From a virus: a stretch of 64,000 bases of DNA. Numbering within the stretch: the stretch's first letter is position 1; each line of letters opens with the position of its first letter. Below are positions 8,134 to 17,813 of this stretch, one piece after another. The notes below the pieces were generated by a model. That model made no database searches and was not told the origin of the DNA. It worked only from the letters and a program-made list of their open reading frames with translations. The stretch spans positions 31,516 to 95,515 of IMG/VR virus record IMGVR_UViG_3300049491_000850, one strand, 5' to 3'. A program made the translations under genes and the position numbers.

Positions 8134-10872
8134 ATGGCAAGTAATTTTGTATTCGTGTCTCCGGGAGTAAAATTCAAAGAAAGAGACCTTTCATTTGTTT
8201 CAAAAAACGTTGGTTTGACCACCCTTGGATTGGTTGGTGAAACTCCAAAGGGGCCTGCATTTCAGCCAATTACAATATCAAGCAAAGGCGATTTTTCGAC
8301 TAGATTCGGAAGTCAATCAGTAGAAAAATTCCCTAACGATGGAGGTCTTAAATTTCAACTTCCTTATGTTGCAAACTCATATTTAGACGAATCAGATCAA
8401 CTTGTAGTTACAAGAGTTCTTGGTCGTTCAGGTTATCAGGCAGGTACTGCTTGGGGTTTGAGAGTTAGTGCTGGTGTTGATATTTCAACTACTGGTGTAA
8501 CTTCAACAGGTTCAACCACAGAAAATTTCTCTGGTGGTGTATACTTAGGTACTACGATTACTAACGTAGGACAAACTGGCGTAATCTTCACAGGTTTCAC
8601 AAAAATAAGTTCAACTACTTTCTCAACTGTTCTTAGAGAATTCACTGTACAAACTTTGGTTGCCGGAAGCGGTAGCACAAGTGTACAATTGAGTACTATT
8701 AGTGGTTCATCACTTTCAGAATTTGAAGGTATGGTGGTAGCTATCGTAAGATCAAGAGGTAGTGTTGAAGATATTGTTGATGGTTCTCCTATCACTACTT
8801 TCCAAGCAACACAACTCCAAATGACTGCTAACGCAACAACAATTGGTGCTGGTGATATGTTCGGTAAGTTTACATTAGCAGCAGGTACTGGCACAACAGC
8901 AAGCACTGAAAGCTATGTAGTATCATTGAATCCTGATGCAAGAGAATTCATAGTAAACGTACTTGGTGACAAGCCTAAAGGCAAAAACACTAAGATTTAT
9001 GTTGAATCTGTATATCCTGACTTAATTAAGAAATTAGATGCTGATGGTGTTGTGTACGGTATTAGTACATCAATCATCAATGCAACCACAAATACATTCA
9101 CTGATTACAGAGAAGATTTCAAAACACCTGAAACTCCTTATATAGTGTCAGAATTAAGAGGTAACATAATCGAAAGATTATTCAAGTTTGTCTCTATCTC
9201 TGATGGTAATGCAGCGAACCAAGAAATTAAAATTTCATTGGCGAACATCGATCCTATCACAAAACAATTTGATATTATCGTTCGTGATTTCTATGATACT
9301 GACGATGCACTCGTAGTTCTTGAATCATTCAGAAACTGTTCAATGCAGAAAGGCTTGAACAACTACGTTGGTAACAGAGTTGGTACTATCGATGGTGAGT
9401 ACAGTATTCAAAGTAACTTTATCGTTCTTGATATTGATCCTAACGCTCCGGGCGATTCTTATCCTGCTGGATTCGAAGGTTATATCGTATTCGATTGGTC
9501 TTCATCTTCAACTGGTTCTGGAACACAAGGTATTTCACCTGAGATCGTTTACAAAAACGAATACGCAGCAACAGATAGAGTAAACAGAGTATACTTAGGT
9601 GTATCTGAAAGAGCATTTGACGGAGACAACTTGATCGGTACTGGTATCGACCAAAACTTCTTTAACTATAACGGACTTGACATCAGTTCTACTGATGACG
9701 CTCCAAGCGGTTATGTGAAAACTAAAGGTTTCCACATGGACGCAGAAGCAACTGGCGCAACCTATATGGATGGTTTAGCTGTAATCGGATCATTCGTGGT
9801 CGGTGCAGGAACATTCCAAGGTGCAGCAGATATAACTAACCCTAACAACCCTTACTTTGCTAAGAATGCAAGAAAGTTCACATTCGTTCCTTACGGTGGA
9901 TTTGATGGTTGGAATGAACACAGAGACAGAAGAACTACTACTGACCTTTACAAAAAGGGTGGTGTATATGATGGTGTACCTGTTGGTGCAACACCAAACA
10001 ACGACTTCCAAGCATGGGAAATTGCAATTGCAACTTTCAGAAATAGCGAAGACGTAACAATCAATTTGTTTGCTACTCCGGGTCTTAACTGGTCAGATAA
10101 CATCGGTATTATCAACGATACTATCGAAATGATCGAACAGGTAAGAGGTGACTCATTGTATGTAATCGATGCACCTGATCTTCCAGATGCTCCGGGCTTG
10201 GCTCAGGACATCGTTGATCTTCTTGACGATACTGATATTGACTCTAACTATAGTGCAACATTCTATCCTTGGGTTCAAATCAAAGACTCTATCAACAATC
10301 AGAATGTTTACATTCCACCTACAGGTGAAGTTGTAAGAGCAATTGCTTTCACAGATAACGTGAAGTTCCCTTGGTTCGCACCTGCTGGTTTGCAGAGAGG
10401 TGTTACTGATGCAATCAGAACAAGAAGAAAATTATCAAGTGATGAAAGAGACACATTGTATGATGGTAGAATTAACCCTATGGCGACATTCCCTGATACT
10501 GGTGTATCTATCTTCGGACAGAAAACTTTGCAAGTTGCAGAAACATCATTGAACAGAATCAACGTAAGAAGATTATTGCTTCAATTGAGAGTATTGATTT
10601 CTAACGTTGCAGTTAGATTACTTTTCGAACAAAACGATCAAACAACAATCGATGAATTCTTAGCTAAAGTTAATCCAATCTTGGAAACTGTTAAGAGAGA
10701 AAGAGGTCTTGAAGACTTTAAGGTTGTAATGGATCAATCAAATAACACTCCTGAAACAAGAGACAGAAATGAACTTTATGGTGAAATCTTCATCAAGCCT
10801 ACTAAGGCAGTTGAATTTATCGGTATTACCTTCACCATCACTCCTTCTGGTGCTTCTTTCGATAGTATTTAA
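8134..10872 (+). CDS. contractile tail sheath protein (gp18-like)
   Basis: N-terminal FVSPGV..ERDLS, G.T.KGPAF.P; C-terminal PWFAPAG..RG, RINP, FGQKT, LNRINVRRL, IFIKPTKAVEFI. Confidence 0.95.
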   Translation: MASNFVFVSPGVKFKERDLSFVSKNVGLTTLGLVGETPKGPAFQPITISSKGDFSTRFGSQSVEKFPNDGGLKFQLPYVANSYLDESDQLVVTRVLGRSGYQAGTAWGLRVSAGVDISTTGVTSTGSTTENFSGGVYLGTTITNVGQTGVIFTGFTKISSTTFSTVLREFTVQTLVAGSGSTSVQLSTISGSSLSEFEGMVVAIVRSRGSVEDIVDGSPITTFQATQLQMTANATTIGAGDMFGKFTLAAGTGTTASTESYVVSLNPDAREFIVNVLGDKPKGKNTKIYVESVYPDLIKKLDADGVVYGISTSIINATTNTFTDYREDFKTPETPYIVSELRGNIIERLFKFVSISDGNAANQEIKISLANIDPITKQFDIIVRDFYDTDDALVVLESFRNCSMQKGLNNYVGNRVGTIDGEYSIQSNFIVLDIDPNAPGDSYPAGFEGYIVFDWSSSSTGSGTQGISPEIVYKNEYAATDRVNRVYLGVSERAFDGDNLIGTGIDQNFFNYNGLDISSTDDAPSGYVKTKGFHMDAEATGATYMDGLAVIGSFVVGAGTFQGAADITNPNNPYFAKNARKFTFVPYGGFDGWNEHRDRRTTTDLYKKGGVYDGVPVGATPNNDFQAWEIAIATFRNSEDVTINLFATPGLNWSDNIGIINDTIEMIEQVRGDSLYVIDAPDLPDAPGLAQDIVDLLDDTDIDSNYSATFYPWVQIKDSINNQNVYIPPTGEVVRAIAFTDNVKFPWFAPAGLQRGVTDAIRTRRKLSSDERDTLYDGRINPMATFPDTGVSIFGQKTLQVAETSLNRINVRRLLLQLRVLISNVAVRLLFEQNDQTTIDEFLAKVNPILETVKRERGLEDFKVVMDQSNNTPETRDRNELYGEIFIKPTKAVEFIGITFTITPSGASFDSI

Positions 10873-10926
10873 TTTGAGAGTATTTATTTGAAAAGTGAAT
10901 AACATAAAAAAAATTGAATTAATAAA

Positions 10927-11415
10927 ATGGCAGAATTACTAAGAGGCATACCAGTTGACTTTGAACCTAAAAGAAAAAATAGATTCGTTTTAGAGTTCCC
11001 AACTGAACTCGGTATTGAAGTTTGGAAAGTACAATCTTGTACAGCACCTAAAATCGAAGTTAATCCTGTAGAAGTACATTGGATAAACACTGTTAACTAT
11101 GTGGCAGGTAAAGGTAAGTGGGGGGCTTGTGATATTACCTTCATCGATACCCAAGGGCCATCAACTACTACTCAATTAATGGAATGGCTTCGTCTCGAAT
11201 TCGAATCATTAACAGGTAGAATGGGTTATGCAGCAGGTTATAAGAAAACTCTTATCTTGAAAGCACTCGATCCAACAGGTGTTGAAGTTGAGAAGTGGGA
11301 AATGAGAGAGTGTATGATCACTTCATTAGACATGGGTGAATTTGCACACGATGATGACGGATTGAAAATCATCAGCATGACAGTACAACCTTTCATGTGT
11401 ATCCACAACTACTAA
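10927..11415 (+). CDS. tail tube protein (gp19-like)
   Basis: FEPKRKNRF, YVAGK..W, GYKK...L..LDPTG..VEKW; directly downstream of the sheath gene. Confidence 0.9.
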   Translation: MAELLRGIPVDFEPKRKNRFVLEFPTELGIEVWKVQSCTAPKIEVNPVEVHWINTVNYVAGKGKWGACDITFIDTQGPSTTTQLMEWLRLEFESLTGRMGYAAGYKKTLILKALDPTGVEVEKWEMRECMITSLDMGEFAHDDDGLKIISMTVQPFMCIHNY

Positions 11416-11449
11416 GCCTTTATTACCTTAGAGGGACTGTTATAGTAAC

Positions 11450-11482
11450 AAAAAAAGCCAGTATCGCTACTGGCTTTTTTTT
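11450..11482. terminator. bidirectional intrinsic terminator
   Basis: AAAAAAAGCCAGTA-tcgc-TACTGGCTTTTTTTT. Confidence 0.85.
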
Positions 11483-11503
11483 ATTTCTATTGTTGTGATC
11501 TTC

Positions 11504-11707
11504 TTATTTTGCAATGGTGTAAACCACTTCATTTGCTTTGTTGTAATTTGTAAGGATATTAGTATATCCATCGTTATTACGAAGATCAGCGATTGTTGCT
11601 CTCAAGTTTACAACTTTGAAACGTGATGCAGCAGATTTGCGTGTTACTTTTTGACCAGATTCCAACGCTGAAAGAACCTTAGCCTTTTTACTTTTTGTTT
11701 TTGACAT
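11504..11707 (-). CDS. small winged-helix DNA-binding protein
   Basis: KVLSALESG..VT...A.SRF...NLRATIADLR..GY pattern. Confidence 0.6.
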   Translation of the reverse strand: MSKTKSKKAKVLSALESGQKVTRKSAASRFKVVNLRATIADLRNNDGYTNILTNYNKANEVVYTIAK

Positions 11708-11740
11708 AAGAATTGTTGTTAATTATTAATGTTAGAACTG

Positions 11741-11771
11741 TAAAGTTAGCAACTTTTTTGATTCTACCAAA
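11741..11771 (-). promoter_or_regulatory. Bacteroidota sigma-A-type promoter (TTTG-N19-TAACTTTA)
   Basis: Near match to -33 TTTG / -7 TAnnTTTG consensus with 19-nt spacing, upstream of 11707. Confidence 0.45.
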
Positions 11772-12533
11772 TTATCTTTCCAATTGTTCTGGTGTATAGT
11801 CGGTTAATCTTGACCAGTCAGCATCAAAAATCTCGTCAGCAAAGCCATAGTCAATAGCCTCATTTGCAGTAAGATATACATCTTCTTCCTTGTCCATACG
11901 GCTACGGAGCCACTTTCTTATGTAAATTTGTGTCTTTTGAGCCAATTTTCCATGTTGTTTCATAGACTTGGCGTAGATGTCAAGCATTATCTTCTCGGCA
12001 GTACGCTCGAATTTCACAGCCGAACGAACCTGCTTCACCGTGCCCTCCATTCCAAAGGTTCCATCGTGGAACATAAAATATGAATTTGGCATCATCACAC
12101 GTTTATTTCCTGCTTGAAAAATTAGCGATGACATTGAACGGGCATGTGTGTAATTGATAATCGTAACGGGCCATGGGAACGATCTGATTGCATCATAGAT
12201 TGCCATCCCTTCCGACCAATCACCACCTCTGGTTTTCATATGAATAACAAGTGGCTTCATTGGATTTCTTCTCATACACATATTGATATTACGGATGAAT
12301 CTATTTGCCATCACGTATTCAACACCGGGTTCAGTTGCAGCATCAACACCGCCTCCCATTGTGTATCCTTCAATTCCAAAAAGGTAGATATGATTTGAAA
12401 TTAAATCGATGTCATTCTCTAAAACGTAGTAGAGCGGATCATCTTGTCTGATCTTTAATTTGTGGTCAAGTTTATAGTTTCTCTCCGTCTTTCTTCTTTT
12501 TGGTTTAGTTGTTGGTGTACTAGTACCTTTCAT
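11772..12533 (-). CDS. clpP: ClpP-family serine protease
   Basis: GGDW..GMAIYDAI, ARSMSSLI (catalytic Ser), R.M.PNS.FMFH (His), D.YL.A.EA..YG.AD. Confidence 0.85.
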   Translation of the reverse strand: MKGTSTPTTKPKRRKTERNYKLDHKLKIRQDDPLYYVLENDIDLISNHIYLFGIEGYTMGGGVDAATEPGVEYVMANRFIRNINMCMRRNPMKPLVIHMKTRGGDWSEGMAIYDAIRSFPWPVTIINYTHARSMSSLIFQAGNKRVMMPNSYFMFHDGTFGMEGTVKQVRSAVKFERTAEKIMLDIYAKSMKQHGKLAQKTQIYIRKWLRSRMDKEEDVYLTANEAIDYGFADEIFDADWSRLTDYTPEQLER

Positions 12534-12537
12534 TAAC

Positions 12538-13368
12538 TTAAAACATTTTGGACATCATCATATTTATTTCCAGACTGTAGTCGTTGCATTCTATGACCTT
12601 GTAGTTATCGTTAACTTCATTGAACCATACGATGTAACAACCGTCTATCTTTATTCCCGTGTTCCTCTCTAAAATCCTCTTATACGTTGTCAACTGTAAC
12701 GAGTATATTTCGAATTCACAATCATGAAGGTGAGAAACAACTCTCTTCATTTTTTGATTGTATTTGTTTACTTTATTAAGTTCTTTGTTCGTCTTCCAAT
12801 CCCACACCTGAAAGCATTGCTTCTTCACATTCCAGAAGAGAATATCCATCATCCCGGAAAGTTCCCATTCTTCATCGAAGACAACGAACTCGGTTTTGAT
12901 CGGTATTAACTTACCGAAACTATCGGCATAAAAATTATCAACGTATGTTTTAACAATCTTAAATTCCTCTTCGATTGTTGTCAATCCTTGTTTAGCAAGG
13001 ATGTCAATATTCTTTTGTCCCAATTGTGCCAGTACTCGTTCATTGTCGTACTTGTACACTTTGTTGTTGTACAGTAATTCGGCATAATTGTGCACGGCTG
13101 ATCCTTTGATCTGAGACTTTATATTCAATGCCTTCCAATAATCAAGAACTTCTTCTTGAGTCATGTTCAGTTCATCTTTCTTTCTATCTGACCAGTAATT
13201 ACTGTCAAATTCTTCCACATATTTATGCAGAATAGTCGTTACTGAAATTAGGTTCTTATCACCTACGTAATACTTATGTATATCATCATGGAACTTGATA
13301 CGATTAAATTTCGTAAATATTTCCATAGGAATTGGTATTCCCGACAAGTCACCACGTATTTCACCCAT
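12538..13368 (-). CDS. PD-(D/E)XK exonuclease (lambda-exo/Cas4-like family)
   Basis: SVTTIL, GSAVH, E..V.D...LSG.MD, WDWKT, YSLQL..Y. Confidence 0.8.
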   Translation of the reverse strand: MGEIRGDLSGIPIPMEIFTKFNRIKFHDDIHKYYVGDKNLISVTTILHKYVEEFDSNYWSDRKKDELNMTQEEVLDYWKALNIKSQIKGSAVHNYAELLYNNKVYKYDNERVLAQLGQKNIDILAKQGLTTIEEEFKIVKTYVDNFYADSFGKLIPIKTEFVVFDEEWELSGMMDILFWNVKKQCFQVWDWKTNKELNKVNKYNQKMKRVVSHLHDCEFEIYSLQLTTYKRILERNTGIKIDGCYIVWFNEVNDNYKVIECNDYSLEINMMMSKMF

Positions 13369-13377
13369 AGCGTGAAA

Positions 13378-13665
13378 TTAGTGATTATGAATAGCATATC
13401 CAAATTTTACACTAATATTTGAGTCTTTTTCGGAGTAGCTTTCTACCTTAGAAACTTCCCATTTTTCCACAACACAACCATCCTTTTGAACACCTTCAAC
13501 CGTGAAACTCAATGGTTTATCTTTTACAATGTCACATGGACTAACCAGTCTAAATTTAAATGGTTCCCAACCATGTCGTCCACTATTACTAAATTTAATT
13601 GTTGGATTTTTCTCAAATACAATTTCATGCATTTTTCCGATAGAATATGATAGGTAGTATTTCAT
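13378..13665 (-). CDS. small tail-tube-like paralogue
   Basis: GCVVEKWE and terminal IHNH mirror the tube protein's GVEVEKWE and IHNY. Confidence 0.4.
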   Translation of the reverse strand: MKYYLSYSIGKMHEIVFEKNPTIKFSNSGRHGWEPFKFRLVSPCDIVKDKPLSFTVEGVQKDGCVVEKWEVSKVESYSEKDSNISVKFGYAIHNH

Positions 13666-14552
13666 TAGTTTATTCGAATATTAGGTTGAAGTATTTTAGA
13701 AAAATCTATCTTTTGCAATTGAACTATAATACCTGCTTTATCGGCAGCGAGACCACTATACCCATGAATATGTTGGAGTATTGCATCACGAATAATCTCC
13801 ATTGCTTGAACAGCAAGGTCTCCACGCATGGTAGGGTGTGACTGTTCAAAGATTCTATTGATTTCGTCCTGATCTAAACCGTTTGTTTTGAATTTTGGTG
13901 TACCATCATGTGATAAGAATGCGATCTTATCAGCCATTTGCACCATAGTACTTTGAGTCTTCTTATTCTCCAATTGGAAGAAGTCCATCTGGATGAATGC
14001 AGGGTTCTCTTTATTCAAAGCAAGTACGTTGTCGATCTGGTGTTTACCACATCTGAGTACAACTTGCTTTTCTTTAAGCATTATGTCGGTATTATCACGT
14101 CCAACAAGAGCAATATCCTTTGCTGTTGGGAATACACCTGCTGCATCGGGATACGAAGACGGATTAGCCTCCGGTGTTATTGTTGAAATGTTGGTTGTGG
14201 ATAATGCAGTGAAGTATCCATCGTATTTAACCTTCTGAGGTTGTGAAATAACACTTCCCATCCAATGTCTACCTCTTTGTGGGTATCGCGTATCCTCAAT
14301 GAATATACGAACCACTTCACCTACTTGAGGAATTACCCAAAAGAACTTCGGTAACATCGGCATAGCCAATGGAAGTTGTTGATTTGGTGTTTTGTTGTCA
14401 AAGTCAGGAATTTTAACACGAATACGACCACCTTCATTAGGATCATCGATACTAACTACCTCACCATAGTAGATATTTCTAACAAGATTTTCTTTGTTAG
14501 TTTCCTTTCGGTAAGGACTGCTGGTCTGTAAATGTTTTTTCTCGTAAGACAT
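13665..14552 (-). CDS. baseplate central spike / gp5-VgrG OB-fold protein
   Basis: GEVVSIDDPNEGGRIRVKI, P.VGEVV.IF, W.GS; C-terminal HIH metal-binding apex motif. Confidence 0.8.
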   Translation of the reverse strand: MSYEKKHLQTSSPYRKETNKENLVRNIYYGEVVSIDDPNEGGRIRVKIPDFDNKTPNQQLPLAMPMLPKFFWVIPQVGEVVRIFIEDTRYPQRGRHWMGSVISQPQKVKYDGYFTALSTTNISTITPEANPSSYPDAAGVFPTAKDIALVGRDNTDIMLKEKQVVLRCGKHQIDNVLALNKENPAFIQMDFFQLENKKTQSTMVQMADKIAFLSHDGTPKFKTNGLDQDEINRIFEQSHPTMRGDLAVQAMEIIRDAILQHIHGYSGLAADKAGIIVQLQKIDFSKILQPNIRIN

Positions 14553-14740
14553 TACTTAATTATATTTTTTAGATTGTCAACATATTTTTGTTCGACATCA
14601 TACATTCTTGATTGAAGATTATTATACTGTTCTTCGAGTACTTTTGTTGCATCAAGTATTTGAAGCATCTCACGCTTAATCTCTTCGTGTTCTGCCTGTA
14701 AATTTTTTGATATATCGATATAGACTTGTTGTTCTTCCAT
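14552..14740 (-). CDS. small coiled-coil hypothetical protein
   Basis: 62 aa; start/stop overlaps on both sides. Confidence 0.65.
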   Translation of the reverse strand: MEEQQVYIDISKNLQAEHEEIKREMLQILDATKVLEEQYNNLQSRMYDVEQKYVDNLKNIIK

Positions 14741-15150
14741 TATTGTATTACCGCGTATCCTGTTGTTAAGGTGATGGTTGAACCAATTACTGTCACAGGG
14801 CCGCCACTGTTCGCACCAGCAGCACTCAAAGTTGTTCCCGGTGGAATTGCTACTGTTATTTTTGCGTCTTCCTGAAATCCTCTAATGATCTCTTCGACAG
14901 CAATACGCCACATTAATTCATCAGGGTTTACCGCGCCACTCGGTAATGCCCCAACAGGAATACCAGCCTCTGGTTTTCTTTGTATGATTCTACTTGCAAT
15001 CTTTGTCGGTGATAATCCGGTTCTTCTTTGTGCACCAACTAAAATCAATGGGGTTGGTATTGAAGCCGATGAACTATTGTTCTGAATCTTCAAGATTTTC
15101 TTTATACCACCAAGGATAGAAGTTAATTTACCAAAATCTATTGCTGCCAT
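14740..15150 (-). CDS. hypothetical, probably baseplate-associated
   Basis: RTGLSP, IPPG...A.GAN.GGPV; translationally coupled within the spike operon. Confidence 0.55.
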   Translation of the reverse strand: MAAIDFGKLTSILGGIKKILKIQNNSSSASIPTPLILVGAQRRTGLSPTKIASRIIQRKPEAGIPVGALPSGAVNPDELMWRIAVEEIIRGFQEDAKITVAIPPGTTLSAAGANSGGPVTVIGSTITLTTGYAVIQ

Positions 15151-15153
15151 TTC

Positions 15154-16455
15154 TTACGTAAATAAACTTTGTATAATGCGAATGAACGCGGAAATCTTTT
15201 CTTTCAATAATAAACTCGCAACTGGAATGATCAACTTAACCAATTCCGTTTTCAATAGATTGAAAATGAATTCATTTAATAATGCACCTGCTGAATCAGC
15301 TAAACACTTCACAAAATTCTTCTGTGAGTTAATATCGTCAGTTGTATTACTAGGCGTGTTCGGATTGTCATTGTTCTTAAATCCGTTAAGGATCATGATC
15401 AACGCTCTAATCTGAGGTGTTGCCGTCAATGCGAATACAATCGCATTTAATATCGTTTTGATTAGTCTCTTAAAGAAACCATCTCTTACTGCATTTTTAT
15501 TTTTTGGATTAACTTGTTCTGGATTTTTACCGAAACTATTCTCCATTACCTTATTGTAGTTGTTACCTACGAACACGGGATCAGTACTACCAGTGTTTTG
15601 AGAAATCAAATCCAAGATGTCATCTAAAAATAATGAACTATCAATAATAGAACATCCCACATCTACAGCTACTATTCCGTTTGACTTATCCTTTGCCAAT
15701 CTTTGAATAGAGGCAATTTCTTCATCACTCAATCCAGCAACATCAGCACCATCGATCAATTGTTGAATCAATTGTCTTACCTTCTCTTCCTCTACCATGT
15801 TATTCAAAGGTTTCTTACTTGCCTTTGAAGCAGTGCCGTAGATAACATCCATAACTGCCGTAGTGAATTCTTTCTCATTGATAATAGTCATACCATCAAT
15901 CAAACCAGTTGTAAAACCACCGATAGTATCACCGGGATTGGTTGGTTTAAATGTCATCGTATCGGTGACATCATCGTAATTCATTTTGAGATTTCCGAAA
16001 ATATTATCGCTACCCGGTGTAAGCATTGCGTTATACGCTACTTTATCAAAACCGTTAGGATTGTCTGCATAGGTTAATGAACCAGCAGCCGAAGACGGAT
16101 CGGTTTTTAACTTACCGAACATATCTAATTTCTTTGCCGGAACGGTATAGCCAGCATTAAATCCTGCTGGCAATACTTGGTTCGAGTTGGGTGTATTTGA
16201 TTGTTTCTTTAACGCACCTTTTAACTGTGGTTCTACACTACGGATGAACTTGGTCATAATATTACCAGTCGCTCTCTGTAATGCTTCACTACCTATCGTT
16301 GCTGTAAGTAAATCCAGCATGAACGGAATAGGTTCGTTCTTTGTGTTGACCGAAGGGAACGTAAAATTCGAATCAGGTAGTTTCGCAGTCTTCCCGATGG
16401 AAGTTAAAACACTGATTTCGGTAACAATTGATTTTTTGTCATTTACGATACCCAT
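15154..16455 (-). CDS. hypothetical, probable virion protein
   Basis: 433-aa ORF in the operon downstream of the late motif at 16871. Confidence 0.6.
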   Translation of the reverse strand: MGIVNDKKSIVTEISVLTSIGKTAKLPDSNFTFPSVNTKNEPIPFMLDLLTATIGSEALQRATGNIMTKFIRSVEPQLKGALKKQSNTPNSNQVLPAGFNAGYTVPAKKLDMFGKLKTDPSSAAGSLTYADNPNGFDKVAYNAMLTPGSDNIFGNLKMNYDDVTDTMTFKPTNPGDTIGGFTTGLIDGMTIINEKEFTTAVMDVIYGTASKASKKPLNNMVEEEKVRQLIQQLIDGADVAGLSDEEIASIQRLAKDKSNGIVAVDVGCSIIDSSLFLDDILDLISQNTGSTDPVFVGNNYNKVMENSFGKNPEQVNPKNKNAVRDGFFKRLIKTILNAIVFALTATPQIRALIMILNGFKNNDNPNTPSNTTDDINSQKNFVKCLADSAGALLNEFIFNLLKTELVKLIIPVASLLLKEKISAFIRIIQSLFT

Positions 16456-16460
16456 TTCTT

Positions 16461-16856
16461 TTAGATATTAACTTCGCCTCTTTCTCTTGCTTCCTCAATC
16501 AATTTTCTAAGGTTGTTTTTTGCCTCTTCTGAAAGAGTTTCACCTTCGTCACTGCTTGATTGATTTTTAGATTGATTTCCTGCTGAGTTAGATTTGTCTT
16601 TAACGAACACGATGTCGCTCAATACTTTCATCAAAGCAATTTTTTGATCTTGGTTTCTCGCCAATGCGTTAATAAGACTTACGATTTCTTTACCAGTCGC
16701 AGCTATTTCACCCTGTTCTTTAACCTTTGAATTCCAAACGTTAAACAACGCAACAATGGTTGATCTGATTTGGTGAGCATCATTGTACGTTTCCTGCATC
16801 AAGTCCTTGACGCTCTTTTCGTTCAATTCAATGCTTTTGCGCTTAATTCTTGCCAT
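16461..16856 (-). CDS. hypothetical helical protein
   Basis: 131 aa; late motif TATAAATAG at 16871-16879. Confidence 0.6.
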   Translation of the reverse strand: MARIKRKSIELNEKSVKDLMQETYNDAHQIRSTIVALFNVWNSKVKEQGEIAATGKEIVSLINALARNQDQKIALMKVLSDIVFVKDKSNSAGNQSKNQSSSDEGETLSEEAKNNLRKLIEEARERGEVNI

Positions 16857-16891
16857 ACTATTAGTTTTTCTATAAATAGTTGACCCGAAAA

Positions 16892-17791
16892 TTAATTCTC
16901 ATTGAAAAACCCGCTCTTTTCAAGGAAATAGAGTTCCCTGAATTGCTTCATGGACGATCTGATCTCCTTTGTAGATAGATTGGTTTGTTCTTTAAGATAT
17001 AAAAGAATCTTATTTTTGGTGAAATTATTGGAGACTTTTCGATTGTACTTTCCTACCACACTATCTTCTAAGAAGAGGATATTCCAGTTCGCCATGACAT
17101 TAATGATTGCTTCACCAACAATAGTTTCATTCTTTTTCAATGTCTTATCAGTGTCAATCTTAACCCGGAGACTCTTAATGATTTTCTCAATCAACTCCTG
17201 CAATTCAAGTTCGTCACTATAATCCATTTCATACATATACTCGTCCTTCTTTTCAATTTCCTCATGGAAATCTTCAAAGGCTAGGTTCTGTACTTTTTCA
17301 CGATAACTTGTCTTACCATGATCTTTAAAGAAATTTCGAACAATCGTCTGACAATAGCTGAACGCTTTTGATTCAAAGATTCGATAGTTACATTTACTGT
17401 TACCAGTAGCTAAATAACCAGCTAAACCTTTCTTCGCATCCTCAATGAAAAAATATCTACCTTCATGCAAAGGGCACTTTGTCCACTTTACATCTTCTTC
17501 TGCTTTCTTATCTCTATACTCAACAATAAACGGACGATACTTCACCATCTGTTCCACTAAGTGAGACATTGCATAAAATTCCAAATCAACACTTTCGTAG
17601 TTACCTATATGTATTGGATAACGTCTCAAAATTGATTCCACCATTCTTCTGAATGGCTTCTCCAAAACTGTACGGTATAACATATTGCGTTCGGCAGCAG
17701 AATCGGACATCACATATTTCAATGATGCATCTTCTTCTCTATCTCCAAAATATAATTTTACTGTATCAACACTCTTCTTCTTTCTTGGCAT
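16892..17791 (-). CDS. putative phage sigma factor for late transcription (gp55-like)
   Basis: YF...EE.A...Y, M.ESI.RRY and KAFSY.QTIVRN resemble sigma region 2 of T4 gp55-type proteins. Confidence 0.5.
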   Translation of the reverse strand: MPRKKKSVDTVKLYFGDREEDASLKYVMSDSAAERNMLYRTVLEKPFRRMVESILRRYPIHIGNYESVDLEFYAMSHLVEQMVKYRPFIVEYRDKKAEEDVKWTKCPLHEGRYFFIEDAKKGLAGYLATGNSKCNYRIFESKAFSYCQTIVRNFFKDHGKTSYREKVQNLAFEDFHEEIEKKDEYMYEMDYSDELELQELIEKIIKSLRVKIDTDKTLKKNETIVGEAIINVMANWNILFLEDSVVGKYNRKVSNNFTKNKILLYLKEQTNLSTKEIRSSMKQFRELYFLEKSGFFNEN

Positions 17792-17813
17792 ACCATATTG
17801 TAGAAACTTTAAG

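Noticed and set aside
12538-13368. Cas4 as part of a CRISPR system
   Set aside because: Stand-alone PD-(D/E)XK nuclease with no evident four-Cys Fe-S pattern and no array; common in phages.
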